Source: an uncultured archaeon
Lineage (GTDB): Archaea; Thermoproteota; Bathyarchaeia; Bathyarchaeales; Bathycorpusculaceae
Reading direction: 5' to 3'
Assembly: GCA_963782915.1 (NCBI GenBank)
Contig: CAWALK010000020.1
Location: 320,001 to 384,000 of the forward strand
Length of the DNA: 64,000 nt
The notes beneath the pieces were generated by a model, which was not told where the DNA came from, did not search any database, and worked only from the letters and a program-made list of their open reading frames with translations. Within the stretch, counting starts at the first letter, position 1; the number at the start of each line of letters is the position of its first letter. A program made the translations under genes and the position numbers. This document shows positions 32,282 to 43,367 of the stretch, piece after piece.

Positions 32282-34998
32282 ATGCAAAATATAAAAAAAC
32301 ACTTAGCTACAATCCTAACTATACTACTAATATCATCTATGGCTATCACTTTAACACCTACAATCCATGCAAGCGCAGAAGTAATAAACGGAATAAACTA
32401 CGATTCTGCAACTGCTAGCTGCAATCAAAGCTGGCATGCACTGGGACTTAAATGCAAACGCCTCCAACAATCAGATTAATTATGTGGAACAGATACCAAG
32501 ACAAAGTTCCAACTTGGGTATATGGTGTCATTTCACCAAACCCAGTTGGCGTGGGCCAACAATTTTCTATCGTTGTTTTCAACCCACAGGTACCACTATG
32601 GCGCATCTGATGCCAACGACATCCGATACAAATACCACGTAGATATCACAAAGCCCGACGGAACAACAGAGAGATTGCCTTCAAGCGGATCTCTAGTATC
32701 TGACTCCACAGGAACAACTTATACACAAATACTCACCGACTACAAGTAGGCAATTACACAGTGAATGGTCGTCTTTGAAGAACTCAAATGGACATGGACA
32801 GCTGGCAGTAGCGGCGGTTTCAGCGCAGGTCAAATACGTGACTACTACGGCGTAACTTTACTATCAAGCAACCGAACATACACAGTCACAGTACAAGAAG
32901 ACCCTGTACATCCAATTGCAATAACATAACTATCCACTTCCAACAGAATACTGGAGCCGACCAATTGAAGGACAGAACAACGCATGGGGTGCAGTCTCAT
33001 CAAACTGGCTTAACAGTGCAGCGGACCGCGACTACGGAAGCACTAACAACAGAGTACAAACGCAAGGATCGGCACCAAACAGCGGACACATTCTATGGAC
33101 TAAACCAACCGAAGACGGCGGCGTAGTCGGCGGAGACGGACTTTTGACAGAGAAGGACAAGTCTTCAACGCAGGACACCAATACCAAACAAGAATGTCTG
33201 ACACTACAATCATCATGCACGGAAGACTCTACTACCAAGAACCAATAACATGGTCTGGCAGCGGAGGCGACTGGGTATGTGTTGACCTAAAGACTGGCCA
33301 AGAAATCTGGCGCAACCACACAATGAGCTGCAAACACCATCCTTCGGTTACTACTATGACTTTGACACATGAACCAGCACGGAGTTGTTAACCCAGGCTA
33401 GCTATTCTCAAGCAACTTTGGCACTGCAATTCATCCCCGCTATGGAACAACCATTGGCTCAACACCACTAAACCTTACTAGCGTACCTATCAGGAACTGA
33501 AGTATTGGTCCAAATGGCGAACAACTACGGTACATAGTCCGACAGAAGGAACGGCACAACAATGGCGATTATACGAATGGAACTCATCTAGAGTATTTCG
33601 TTGACAGACAGTGGTTCAAACGCAAGCTAGTGAGTTCGATAAATGCAAGCACTAGCAACAGCCCCGACCGTCTAACTTGGGATTTCAACGTAACAGTATC
33701 AAATCTACCCGCAAGCTACCTACAACAGGGTATCTGCAATATTACCGTGATGTACTACTGGTCAGCAACGGCACAATCCCAGCAGCAGGCACAGGCTCAC
33801 TAACTACCACAACCTAGAAGAATCTACACTAACCGCCATCAGCCTCAAAGAAGGCGAAGAAGGACGAGTAATGTGGACAAAGAACTATAAAATGACCTTC
33901 AACAGACGGCTCACAGAACCTATACATCCGCTCTGGCGACGGCGTAATTCGTCATGCAACACATGCCCTGACTTGAAATTCATTGATTACGACATCTACA
34001 CAGGAAACAAACTCTGGAAAGCGCACCACAAGCAGACATCAATCCATTCGGTTACTATCATCTGGGTCAGTCTCATGAACGTCTATGGCACATCCATCTC
34101 CGACGGAAAACTCTTCACAACAGGCTACACTGGCAGAGTTTATGCTATGACCTCCACAACGGAACCTTAATCTGGGAGCAACGAAGCACCAACAGGCGGC
34201 GAAATCTTCGAGTATTACACACTATTCCACGGAGTAACCGCTGACGGCAAAATCTACATCGGAACCCACGAACACTCAGCAGACACACCGCTCCTAAAAG
34301 GCGCTAAAATCTACGTGTATTGACGTAAACACGGGCGACGAAGTCTGGAGTATGATCAGCTGGGCTAATCCAGTCACAATGGCACTCGCAGATGGCGTCC
34401 TCACTTACTGGAACAACTACGACCACCAAGTCTATGCAGTCGGCAAAGGCGCAAGCAGCACCACAATTGAAATCGACCAACGACGTAGTTCAATCTGGAA
34501 AGAGTGTCATGATCAAAGGCACTGTAACCGACATTTCACCAGGCACAAAGCAGTCCGAACAATCTCTACGGTTCCCCAACGGTGTCCCAGCAGTCTCTGA
34601 TGCAAGCCAAAGCGCATGGATGGAATACGTATACATGCAAAAGCCACGTCCAACCAACGTTACTGGTGTCACTGTTTACATTGAGTGTTGTAGACTCAAA
34701 CGGCAACTACCGAACCATTGGAACAACAACCGCAGACGCAGACGGATTCTACAGCTATAACTGGATGCCAGACATCGATGGACAATACAAAGTGTACGCT
34801 ACATTCGAAGGCAGCGAATCATATTGGCCATCACATGCCGTAACAGCATTCAACGTTGACCCAGCACCAGCACCAAGCGCAACCACAAACACAGTCGTTA
34901 GTCAACCTCCATTCGAACTCTACTTCGTAGGCAGCACAGTAGCTATCATCGTCGCTATCGCAATAGTCGGTTTAATGATGCTCAGGAAAAAGGCATAA
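32282..34998 (+). pseudogene. Second PQQ-like beta-propeller surface protein, broken by many indels (pseudogene or poor consensus)
   Basis: Fragments match the paralog at 28282 (PTEYWSRPI, VCVDLKTGQEIWRN, RFPNGVPAVSDAS, C-terminal TM). Confidence 0.7.
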
Positions 34999-35176
34999 AA
35001 ACAAAAACAATCAACCATCTTTTCTTTTTTTTTTTAAAAATCTATTTATCCGCACTGATTTTCGAAGAAGTAACCCAGAAGCTCAAGAGTAATTGACCAA
35101 CAGTTTTAGACGCGGGTTTCACTAAAGTTTATCACAATCGAATTTGTTCCATAACTTAACATCTGGATGCATACGG

Positions 35177-36199
35177 ATGGAACGCAAAGATTACCTCAAA
35201 GAACCCGTAAAACACATCAAAATCAATGGCGTCTTAACCGTTGATCAATTGATGCAGCAATATGCCAACTCCGGGTCATTTGGCGCTGGGCGGCTGGCTG
35301 CTGCATGTGACACATACGAGAAAATGCTCAGAGACCCAGAATGCACCGTATTTTTGGCGCTTTCAGGAGCAGTGGTTCCTGCAGGTATGCGTCAAATCGT
35401 AGTAGATTTAATCAGAAACCACCTTGTAGACGTGATTGTCAGTACAGGCGCCTGCATGGTCCACGACGCCATCGAAGCCGTCGGCGGACACCACTATAAA
35501 GGCGGCTGGGCAGTCAACGACGCTGAACTTTACAAATACCACATTTTCCGTATTTACGACATTTTTGTTCCCGAAGAAGACTACGTCCGATTAGACTACG
35601 TATTCTCAGAAATGTACGCTGACATCGCCAAAGAACGCAACGGCCAAGCCTTAGCCTCAGACGAATTCACCTATGAAATAGGAAAACGATTAACCGACGA
35701 AAACTCCATCTTAAGAGCTGCCTACGAAGAAAACGTTCCAGTTTTCCTGCCTGCGGTGCGTGATTCAGAATTTGGCTTCATCCACTGGTTGCATGCCTCG
35801 CAGGATGGACAAAAAAACGTGCTTTTAGTAGACGCGTTTAAGGATGTTCCAACTATCTGCGGTATCTGTTCTAAATCTCCCAAAAACGGCATGATAGTTA
35901 TCGGCGGCGGCGTTCCGCGCAACACTATCCAATCCTCCGCTTTAGCCTCCAAAAAAGGCTTAGATTATGGTATAGTCGTCACGTTGGATCGTCCCGAAAC
36001 GGGCGGTTTGTCGGGTTCAACGCTTGAGGAAACGGTTAGTTGGGGCAAAATGAAGGGGTCCGCTGATCATGTGATGGTTATTGGCGAGGCTTTGATGGTT
36101 TTCCCCTTTATGGTCGCTTCGGTGACGGAGCGGTTGGGCAGCGGTTTTAAGCGTAATCCGTATTTGCTGCGGGAAAAAATCTTAGAAAAGGGACCTTAA
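35177..36199 (+). CDS. dys: Deoxyhypusine synthase family protein
   Basis: LSGAVVPAGMR, IVSTGA, IGGGVPRN, GGLSGSTLEETVSWGK (active-site Lys present). Confidence 0.9.
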   Translation: MERKDYLKEPVKHIKINGVLTVDQLMQQYANSGSFGAGRLAAACDTYEKMLRDPECTVFLALSGAVVPAGMRQIVVDLIRNHLVDVIVSTGACMVHDAIEAVGGHHYKGGWAVNDAELYKYHIFRIYDIFVPEEDYVRLDYVFSEMYADIAKERNGQALASDEFTYEIGKRLTDENSILRAAYEENVPVFLPAVRDSEFGFIHWLHASQDGQKNVLLVDAFKDVPTICGICSKSPKNGMIVIGGGVPRNTIQSSALASKKGLDYGIVVTLDRPETGGLSGSTLEETVSWGKMKGSADHVMVIGEALMVFPFMVASVTERLGSGFKRNPYLLREKILEKGP

Positions 36200-36200
36200 A

Positions 36201-36416
36201 ATGGCGAACGCTAACGAATACTGCGGAAACTGTGACAGCCACAACTCCTACCAGTACCCAACCAAAGTTTTCTGCTCAACCAGATACTGGCACAGCCTAA
36301 ACCCAATAGTGGATACGCTTTGGCGCTGCGAAAGCTACAACCGAGTCAGCCAAGAATGCCACTGCATACGCGAAGCCCAGAAAGCTAAGAATGGCAACGG
36401 CGAAGCGCAACGCTAA
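36201..36416 (+). CDS. Small Cys-rich protein
   Basis: CGNCDSH..C..C..CHC; starts 1 nt after the dys stop. Confidence 0.7.
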   Translation: MANANEYCGNCDSHNSYQYPTKVFCSTRYWHSLNPIVDTLWRCESYNRVSQECHCIREAQKAKNGNGEAQR

Positions 36417-36452
36417 AGTTATAAAACTGCGCGTTGTTTGTGTTGTGTTCGC

Positions 36453-36528
36453 AGCCCAGTGGTGTAGTGGTCAAGCATAGAGGCCTCTGGAGCCTTTGAC
36501 AAGAGTTCGAATCTCTTCTGGGCTACCA
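36453..36528 (+). tRNA. tRNA-Gln (CTG)
   Basis: Acceptor AGCCCAG/CTGGGCT, anticodon loop CTCTGGA, GTTCGAATC, encoded CCA. Confidence 0.96.
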
Positions 36529-36645
36529 CTATAATTTCAGAATCCTCAGAATTATTTACAAGGGCATGTTCTAACAATCAAGCGTACGTACTCTCAAAAA
36601 TAAGTACTTAGAAAGCAAAGCAACGAATGGGTGTCATTTTTTTCT

Positions 36646-36894
36646 TTAAAGTCTTTGGCGTGTTGGCTTTTTACGCGTTTCATTAGATTGATTTGACGAT
36701 GTCGGTTTTGTTTCGGTTAGAAGTTGTTTTAGATGCCAGACTGTTACATCTCGGTCGTTGGGTTGCTGATTTATCCATAATTCACGGTACTCTCGAAACT
36801 GTTTTCCGTCGATTTTGCCTTTTGATTGCAACTCACTCAGCAGTCTTAAGAAGACTTTGAGCTTTATCTGTTCATCAGTTTCTGTGCTACTCAT
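36646..36894 (-). CDS. Hypothetical protein
   Basis: ORF with AGGAG upstream. Confidence 0.6.
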   Translation of the reverse strand: MSSTETDEQIKLKVFLRLLSELQSKGKIDGKQFREYRELWINQQPNDRDVTVWHLKQLLTETKPTSSNQSNETRKKPTRQRL

Positions 36895-37281
36895 TTGTTT
36901 TTCTCCTGTTTTGGTTGCCGCTATCTCTCTACCTGGCAGCGGATAATCATTTTATAGGAAAGGAGTAAAAAATGGTATTTCTGGCTTTCTACTTTGCGTG
37001 GGTAAAATTATCTCTTTATCGGACCGAACAAAAGAGCATTTTTCCCCAACCTACCAAAAACTGAAAAACAACCCAAACCAAAAAAGACTCCCTTAACTAC
37101 TGATATCGTTTGGTCCTGTTTTGTTGGTAGTAGTCGTCATAGGGGTGTAGCGCCTACTACTTCTTAGCGTTCTGCATTACACTGGGTTATTGAGTAGGTT
37201 TAAATTGTAATATTGATTTTCTGTTGTCAGGTAACTGATATGGCTGATTTGAAGGGCTACCTGACTTCCTACTGATCTCAA

Positions 37282-37653
37282 ATGAAAAAGACCCGTTTTC
37301 TGATAGTTGCTGGCATGTTAACAATCGTTGCTTCTTTTGTCGCTTTAGCCATCGGCTTGATCGCTTTTTCCGCTGCCCAAACAAGCTATTACTATAACCA
37401 CGGCTACAACTTCTACTACGCGTACTATCTAGCAACGGGTATCGTGGGTGCTGTTTCGTTTCCTTTGGGGTTGGCCGCTGGCATCCTCATCCTGATGCGT
37501 AGGCGACCGATTTTTTGTCTGTTTGGCTTGGGTTTACTGGTTGCATGCGGTGCCGTAATGACTTTTCCGCTGTGGTTCTTCGGCTTCACCATACTTACGC
37601 TTGCAATTCCGAGTGTAGTCCTTCTTGTCACGTCGAGGTCTGGATTCAATTAA
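37282..37653 (+). CDS. Membrane protein
   Basis: Four hydrophobic segments. Confidence 0.65.
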   Translation: MKKTRFLIVAGMLTIVASFVALAIGLIAFSAAQTSYYYNHGYNFYYAYYLATGIVGAVSFPLGLAAGILILMRRRPIFCLFGLGLLVACGAVMTFPLWFFGFTILTLAIPSVVLLVTSRSGFN

Positions 37654-37844
37654 GGCGTTTTGACAGGTGAATTAATAACCCTAAACTACCAATCAGTATT
37701 CAATTGGTGAAAATGTATGGCTGATTTGAAAGGTTGCCCGTTTGGTCAAGACATAAAAAACGATTGAAAAACATGTGATTATGGTAGCAAGAACCATTTT
37801 GATGCTGCATCGGGGCAATGCGTTAAACGCTAACTGTTAGGCTT

Positions 37845-38045
37845 CTATTCTAATAGTTTCCATGGGTCATCGGGGCCTAAAGCGCAATTATCCTTCGATG
37901 CGTTTGAGCCTTGTTTTTGGGTTTTCTTAGCTGTAATTTCCACAAGCATATCCGCCCCAATCTGCTCAGCCTGCAAAAGCTCCTTTGGCAAAGTTACGAC
38001 GATGCAGTCGCCGACTTTTCTGGTCTTAACAATGTATGTGCGCAA
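37845..38045 (-). CDS. AbrB/MazE-like DNA-binding protein
   Basis: VKTRKVGDCIVVTLPKE..IGADMLVEI. Confidence 0.75.
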   Translation of the reverse strand: MRTYIVKTRKVGDCIVVTLPKELLQAEQIGADMLVEITAKKTQKQGSNASKDNCALGPDDPWKLLE

Positions 38046-38109
38046 TCAAATCCGCCTTAGCTCTTTTAGTTACTCGTAGTGTCTGATGCTTTTTACCGTT
38101 TCCCCACAA

Positions 38110-38550
38110 CTACTTGAACAGCGCTTCAAAACCGCTTAAGCTAGCCACGCCAACAGCCGTTAACCCAATACTCCATACCACTATGCCTATGCTCATCCAG
38201 AGCAGCAGCCGCCACCTCTTTGCACCAAGCAAACTGCCCAAAGCTGCCCCAATCAATGCGCCAAAAAGCAGCGGCGACAACAACCCCAACCCTACTACGC
38301 CGTATTTGTTCCAGATGCGGTAGAGGCGGCTTTGATTGAAGTCTTTTTTGTCGCCATATCGCCACTTTACGATTTTGTTTCTTATTTTCTCCCCCGCCAA
38401 AATGATTAACAGGGCACCGACTATGGCTCCCGCCGAAGATGCTATGATAATTGCTATGGGGTTAAGGTTCAATGCCAAGCCTGCGGGGATAGCAGCCCAT
38501 AGCTCAATTATGCTCAACCCGAAGACTGTCAAGGGCTCAATGAAATCCAT
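38110..38550 (-). CDS. Small multi-drug export family membrane protein
   Basis: ELWAAIPAG, WNKYGVVGLGLLSPLLFG. Confidence 0.8.
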   Translation of the reverse strand: MDFIEPLTVFGLSIIELWAAIPAGLALNLNPIAIIIASSAGAIVGALLIILAGEKIRNKIVKWRYGDKKDFNQSRLYRIWNKYGVVGLGLLSPLLFGALIGAALGSLLGAKRWRLLLWMSIGIVVWSIGLTAVGVASLSGFEALFK

Positions 38551-38612
38551 GTTATCGCTATTTGGTTTGTCTGTTGGGCTTTTAAGAATATCCATAAAAT
38601 CAATACCAAACC

Positions 38613-38860
38613 CCTCCCGATTGAAAACAACTGCAAACAAGACCGCCACAGAACCTAACAAACCCCTAGCTGCCCAAACAAAAAGAGTGCACACATACAA
38701 TCCCCAAGCGCCCAGCTAGGCACTTGTGGAGCCTATAAATAAGGGAGGGTGTAGGTCGTGAGAGCAAAAGACCTCTCTTTGGTTTGCTCTGAGTTTATTA
38801 CATAACCAAGTCCGTTGGTTGTTGTTGTGTATAGACGGTTTTCGCCAACAACAACTAAAC
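38613..38860 (+). repeat. ~250-bp intergenic element (motif B 38731-38772, motif A 38818-38855)
   Basis: Inverted homolog of 20200-20445. Confidence 0.9.
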
Positions 38861-38975
38861 AAAAACAAAAAACCTCCCATCAAAATGACGCCAATTAAAA
38901 GCTACTGCACAAAAGCTTTAGAAACCACAAACCCCTTTAACCATTAAACAAACCCTAATATTGGCTGTGTAAAAA

Positions 38976-39290
38976 ATGCAGAAAGTATGGGAAGAACTAA
39001 AAAGTATCGAAGCCCAAGCTGACCAAATCCAAAACGACGCCAAAACCAACGCCAAAAAAATCGTCACCCAAGCCCAAAAAGACGCAGAAAAACTCCTCGC
39101 CAACAGCAAAACCTACGGCGCAGAAGAATCCCAGAAACGCTATGACGCCGCCATCGCTGAAGCTAACAAAAACCGCGACGCACAATTAGCCGAAAACGAC
39201 AAAGCAGCCGCCAAACTCAAGACACAAGCCGAAAAACGCATGGATAAAGCAGTATCAGCCGTCGTTAAAGCGGTGCTTGAGGAAAACTAG
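38976..39290 (+). CDS. atpH: A/V-type ATP synthase subunit H (G)
   Basis: Charged coiled coil, first gene of the ATPase cluster. Confidence 0.8.
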   Translation: MQKVWEELKSIEAQADQIQNDAKTNAKKIVTQAQKDAEKLLANSKTYGAEESQKRYDAAIAEANKNRDAQLAENDKAAAKLKTQAEKRMDKAVSAVVKAVLEEN

Positions 39291-39292
39291 TT

Positions 39293-40346
39293 TTGACTCA
39301 AACAACCCGTTATGCAACTGTTCTGCCAAAGATGGGTGCAGAAAGAACCAAATTTTTAAACGAAAACAAACTTAAGGCGCTTAGCGAGAGCAAAAACATC
39401 GGCGACATCGCCTCACAGCTCCGTGACAGTAGTTATCAGGAGCAGATCGCCCGAATCGTTCCGCCCCTTACAGGACGCAAACTCGAACGCGCCTATACAG
39501 AGAACCTGCTTGAAACTTACCTGAAAATCATAAAGTATGCTCCAGAACGAGCTAACCGTTACCTCGATATTTACCTCTCACGGTTCGAGGCAGAGAACGT
39601 TAAAACCCTGATTAGAACCGCCAACGTTAACATGCCTATGGAGCAGAGGCTTGCAAAAATTTACCTTGCCGTGGAAAAGTATCTTGATAGGGTTGCGGAG
39701 ATTGAGGAAGCCGCAAAAGCCCCAAACATTGCCCAAGTGGTGGCAGTCTTCAAAAACACAGAGTACGCTTCAGCCCTGAGTATGGGTTTGAAGAGTTTTG
39801 AGGAAACTGGCTCAACCACAACATTGGACATATTCATTGACACGTTATTTTATGAGAAGCTTATGGCTGCCTACAAGAGTTTGCCAAGGCGTGAGAAGCC
39901 GCATGCTTACCATTACGTAAGCATCGAAAACGACAGCTTCATATTGCTAACATTGCTTAGGGGCAAAAACCTCAATTACGACCCCAACTGGCTACGCCTT
40001 GCCGTTCCACATTGCTTCTTCAACTTAAACAAGCAGGAAGTCGAATCCATAGTTTCAGCATTAAACTTTGAAGCAGCCTACAAAATCGTAGAGGACAGCT
40101 TCTACGCCAAATACTTTGAGAGAAAAGCGACGCCTGAAGAAACGATTGCAAACGCTGAGAAGGCTTTTAGAAAAGACATTTTGGCGTATGCAAAGAAAAG
40201 TGTATCTGCGGGAAAAATTCAACATCGGCTCCACACTTAGCTTCATAACACTAAAAGAGGCTGAAGCCCACAACCTAACCGCGCTTACTTTAGGCGTGGA
40301 AAGCGGCATGAAGCCCGAAGCCATCCGCAACCAGCTTCTTTTCTAA
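39293..40346 (+). CDS. atpC: A/V-type ATP synthase subunit C (frameshift near 40205)
   Basis: RFEAENVKTLIR, KEAEAHNLTAL..GVESG; size and position. Confidence 0.88.
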
Positions 40347-42364
40347 ACTTTTTGCTCTTCTTCTTTTTTAAGCGTTAAGTCGGTGTGGCTGAATTTCTGT
40401 TTAAATGGGCTAAACTCGGTTCCTGAGCCGCTATAGAATTTGCTGAACCATTCGTAAAAGTGCAGTCTTAGGGTGTGGATGAATACGATTAAGCCTTCCA
40501 ATGCCAGGACGAATATGTTGCCAAACACGATGACTATGCCTGCGATTATGAAGCCTAAGGTTGTTGGTGCAGCGGCGGGGTTGATTAATTCTGCAACGGT
40601 AGAGACCACGAGAAGCAGTGCCCAGTGTGCCATCAGTAAAGCGAGTATACGGCTGTAGGATATGGTGTTGCTTAGTAATCTGGTGAGGAAGTCTCCTGCT
40701 TCGAAGAATCTGCCGACGAAGGTTTCCTGTTCTGGATGCTCATTCGCGTGTAGCACGACAGGTTTTGCAATCATGGTATACACTGGTTTGCCTGCAACCA
40801 TAATTATGAATGGAATCAAAGGCACCAGTATGGGTCCGCTTAGCCAAGCTGCAAAATCCAGTTGATACACTGCAATTAAGTAGACGCCGCCTGCAAAGAA
40901 AGCAATCTTTGGCGCCGCTGTCAAGAGGGCGTCAGCTACATCGTGTTTTAGCAGGTAATTCACCATTTCAATGACTATGCCCGCAGTGATTTGCGTTATA
41001 CCCACGAATAGGCTGAAGAGTAGAAAGCTGAATACGTTCTCGAATGGGCTAAACCACAGTGGCGTAAATTGTATGCCGAAGAATTCTCCGAAGAGCAAAC
41101 CTGCAACCATAGCGCCAATGCCGCAGGCAGCCATAATCCAGCAGACATTCTTCATGCCCTGATTACCCTTAATTAATGAACCGACGACTAAACCGCCGAT
41201 TAACAACACTAAGCCATGACCCAAATCGCCGAACATTAAACCGAAAAGAATTGGGAAGGTTATGGCGATGAATGGTGTGGGGTCAACTTCGTTATAGTTT
41301 GGTAACCCATAGAGTTTGGTGATTTCCTCGAAAGGTTTCACGAATCTGCCATGAGTAATTTTGCTGGGAGGCTCAACTGTATGCGCCGATTCTATAGCGT
41401 TGTTTTCCAGTACAAGCGCTTTTCCATCCATCTTGCTGTTAACTGTTAAGGTGAGCTCATGGAACTTGTTTTTGGGCACAAATCCCTTAACCGTCGCAAG
41501 CCTGCCTGACTGGAGAATCTTTTTCTCCGCGGTTAAGAGTGTTAAAATGTTTTCGGAGGTTTCTTTCCAAGAAGCAAGTTTATCTTTGTTTTCTTCACCC
41601 AACTTTTTGAGTGATTCAGTTACGGTTTTTTCTTTTTCTTCGTTGTCTTTTAAGCGTTTTTTAACTTCTTTATGCGCCTCATCCACATTGTTGGGCAAGT
41701 CGGGGGGCATCTGGAACATTTCAGCGTGGTAAGTGCGAAGGATGCGTTCGACTTCTTCTTGATGCTTTTTTGGAGCTGCCACGCATAGGAAGCATTCGTC
41801 TTCTGTTAGGTGGGTTTGTTTAGCGAAAAGCGGTAAGCCTGTGATGGCTGTTTGGAATGCTTCGCAGTTTTTGATGGGCATGCTTGCGAAGACTACATAG
41901 ATTAGTTTGAGGTCGCCGACTGTTTGGAGGTCTGCGCCCATGCTTTCCATGGTGGAGAGCATTTTTTTGAGGTGATTTAGCTCAAGGTTCTTCTCTTTCA
42001 TGCCTGTGAGGGAAGCGTTTAGGGTTTCGATTTCTTTTTTAAGTGTTACAATTTCTTGGCTGGTGTTATCCAGGAGTGCTTGCCAATTATCTGCTGTAAC
42101 CGTGACTTTGATGGGTTGGGTAAGTTTGAATATGCCTAAAAGGCTGCCTTTTTCATGGACAAGCTGCTTGATTAAGCCGTCAACATCGAGAATACGTTCT
42201 TGGACTTTGGAAATGTTTGCGTTGTACTCTGTTAAGCTTGCGTCATCTTGTGCTGATGGTTCAATATGGAACTCGCCGAAGGTGTTTAGAGTATCTAATA
42301 CAGACTCGACATCTTTTTTTGTACATATAATAGATGTCGAAGTCATTCTTTCGGGTCGCAACAT
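40343..42364 (-). CDS. atpI: A/V-type ATP synthase subunit I (a), inverted relative to the cluster
   Basis: YGLPNYNEVDPTP, FGLMFGDLGHG, SNTISYSRILAL, HTLRLHFYEWFSKFY. Confidence 0.96.
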   Translation of the reverse strand: MLRPERMTSTSIICTKKDVESVLDTLNTFGEFHIEPSAQDDASLTEYNANISKVQERILDVDGLIKQLVHEKGSLLGIFKLTQPIKVTVTADNWQALLDNTSQEIVTLKKEIETLNASLTGMKEKNLELNHLKKMLSTMESMGADLQTVGDLKLIYVVFASMPIKNCEAFQTAITGLPLFAKQTHLTEDECFLCVAAPKKHQEEVERILRTYHAEMFQMPPDLPNNVDEAHKEVKKRLKDNEEKEKTVTESLKKLGEENKDKLASWKETSENILTLLTAEKKILQSGRLATVKGFVPKNKFHELTLTVNSKMDGKALVLENNAIESAHTVEPPSKITHGRFVKPFEEITKLYGLPNYNEVDPTPFIAITFPILFGLMFGDLGHGLVLLIGGLVVGSLIKGNQGMKNVCWIMAACGIGAMVAGLLFGEFFGIQFTPLWFSPFENVFSFLLFSLFVGITQITAGIVIEMVNYLLKHDVADALLTAAPKIAFFAGGVYLIAVYQLDFAAWLSGPILVPLIPFIIMVAGKPVYTMIAKPVVLHANEHPEQETFVGRFFEAGDFLTRLLSNTISYSRILALLMAHWALLLVVSTVAELINPAAAPTTLGFIIAGIVIVFGNIFVLALEGLIVFIHTLRLHFYEWFSKFYSGSGTEFSPFKQKFSHTDLTLKKEEEQKV

Positions 42365-42421
42365 TTTTAACAGATATATTGAATTTGCTAACAAGCATTT
42401 AAAGTTGTATTAGGTGAGGGC

Positions 42422-42730
42422 ATGATTGGTTACGTAATTGGCGATAGCGACATGATTACTGGCTTTAGGCTAGTTGGAGTCGAAGGCGCTGAAGCAGTCA
42501 CCGTAGATGAAGCAAAGCAGGCCCTAAGCAAGGCACTGACACGTAGCGACATCGGAGTCATCATCATAAGTGAAGCATACTTCACCGACGCAAGCATTCG
42601 CGAGCAAGTCGACAAGATTCGCCAAGAAAGAGTCACACCCCTAATCGTCGTACTCCCTGGAAGCAGGGGACCAACACGCGGCACCCCATTATCTGAAACA
42701 ATCAGTAAAATCTTGGGCATCAAAATTTAG
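42422..42730 (+). CDS. atpF: A/V-type ATP synthase subunit F
   Basis: VIGDSDMITGFRLVGV, DIGVIIISE. Confidence 0.93.
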   Translation: MIGYVIGDSDMITGFRLVGVEGAEAVTVDEAKQALSKALTRSDIGVIIISEAYFTDASIREQVDKIRQERVTPLIVVLPGSRGPTRGTPLSETISKILGIKI

Positions 42731-42742
42731 AGGTTAAATGAT

Positions 42743-43367
42743 TTGAGCACTAAAAGTGGCGTAGTAGCGATAGCAGACGAAGTAATAGGCGACGTTCAGA
42801 AAGAAGCTGAAGCCATCATCCTGGCGGCACAGAACGAAGCCAAAGAAACCCTCCGAGTAGCTAAGGAACAAGCAGACAAAACCTACCATGCAATCCTTGC
42901 TGAGGCAAACCAGAAAGCTGAAGGCGAGAAAAGAAAGATTGCTTCTGTCACTGAAGTTGAGTTGCGGAATCGTTTGCTTCAAACAAAAGAGAACCTTGTC
43001 GATGAAGCCTTCGAAAAGGCTCTTGTTAAATTGAAAAATTTTGTTGAAACACCACGAATATCATACTTACCTAATCAAATTAGTTGAAGATTTAGCGAAA
43101 AAGATGGATCAGACTGTCCTTGTCGTAGAAGTTAACGCCAAAGACAAAGAATTCTTAACCGATGAATTACTCAAAAAAGTCTCCAAAAAACTCAAAATCG
43201 AATTAACCCTTTCCGAGCAAACCCCCAACTATATTGGCGGCTGCAAAGTTCAAACACAAGATGGCAAAATAGTATATGACGGCACACTTGATAATAGATT
43301 GCAGGAGCTTAAACCTGAATTGCGTGCCCAAATCGCAAAAAGCCTCTTTGGAGAAACATCCCAATGA
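42743..43367 (+). CDS. atpE: A/V-type ATP synthase subunit E (frameshift near 43055)
   Basis: Coiled-coil N-terminus; IGGCKVQTQDGKIVYDGTLDNRL. Confidence 0.9.

Noticed and set aside
38551-38700. N-terminal extension of ORF 38110-38700, and ORF 20400-20624
   Set aside because: Both run through the non-coding repeat element; the likely start of the first is 38550.
40330-42421. atpI as a phase-variable invertible segment
   Set aside because: No inverted repeats visible at the junctions and no recombinase nearby; overlapping stops suggest a fixed arrangement.
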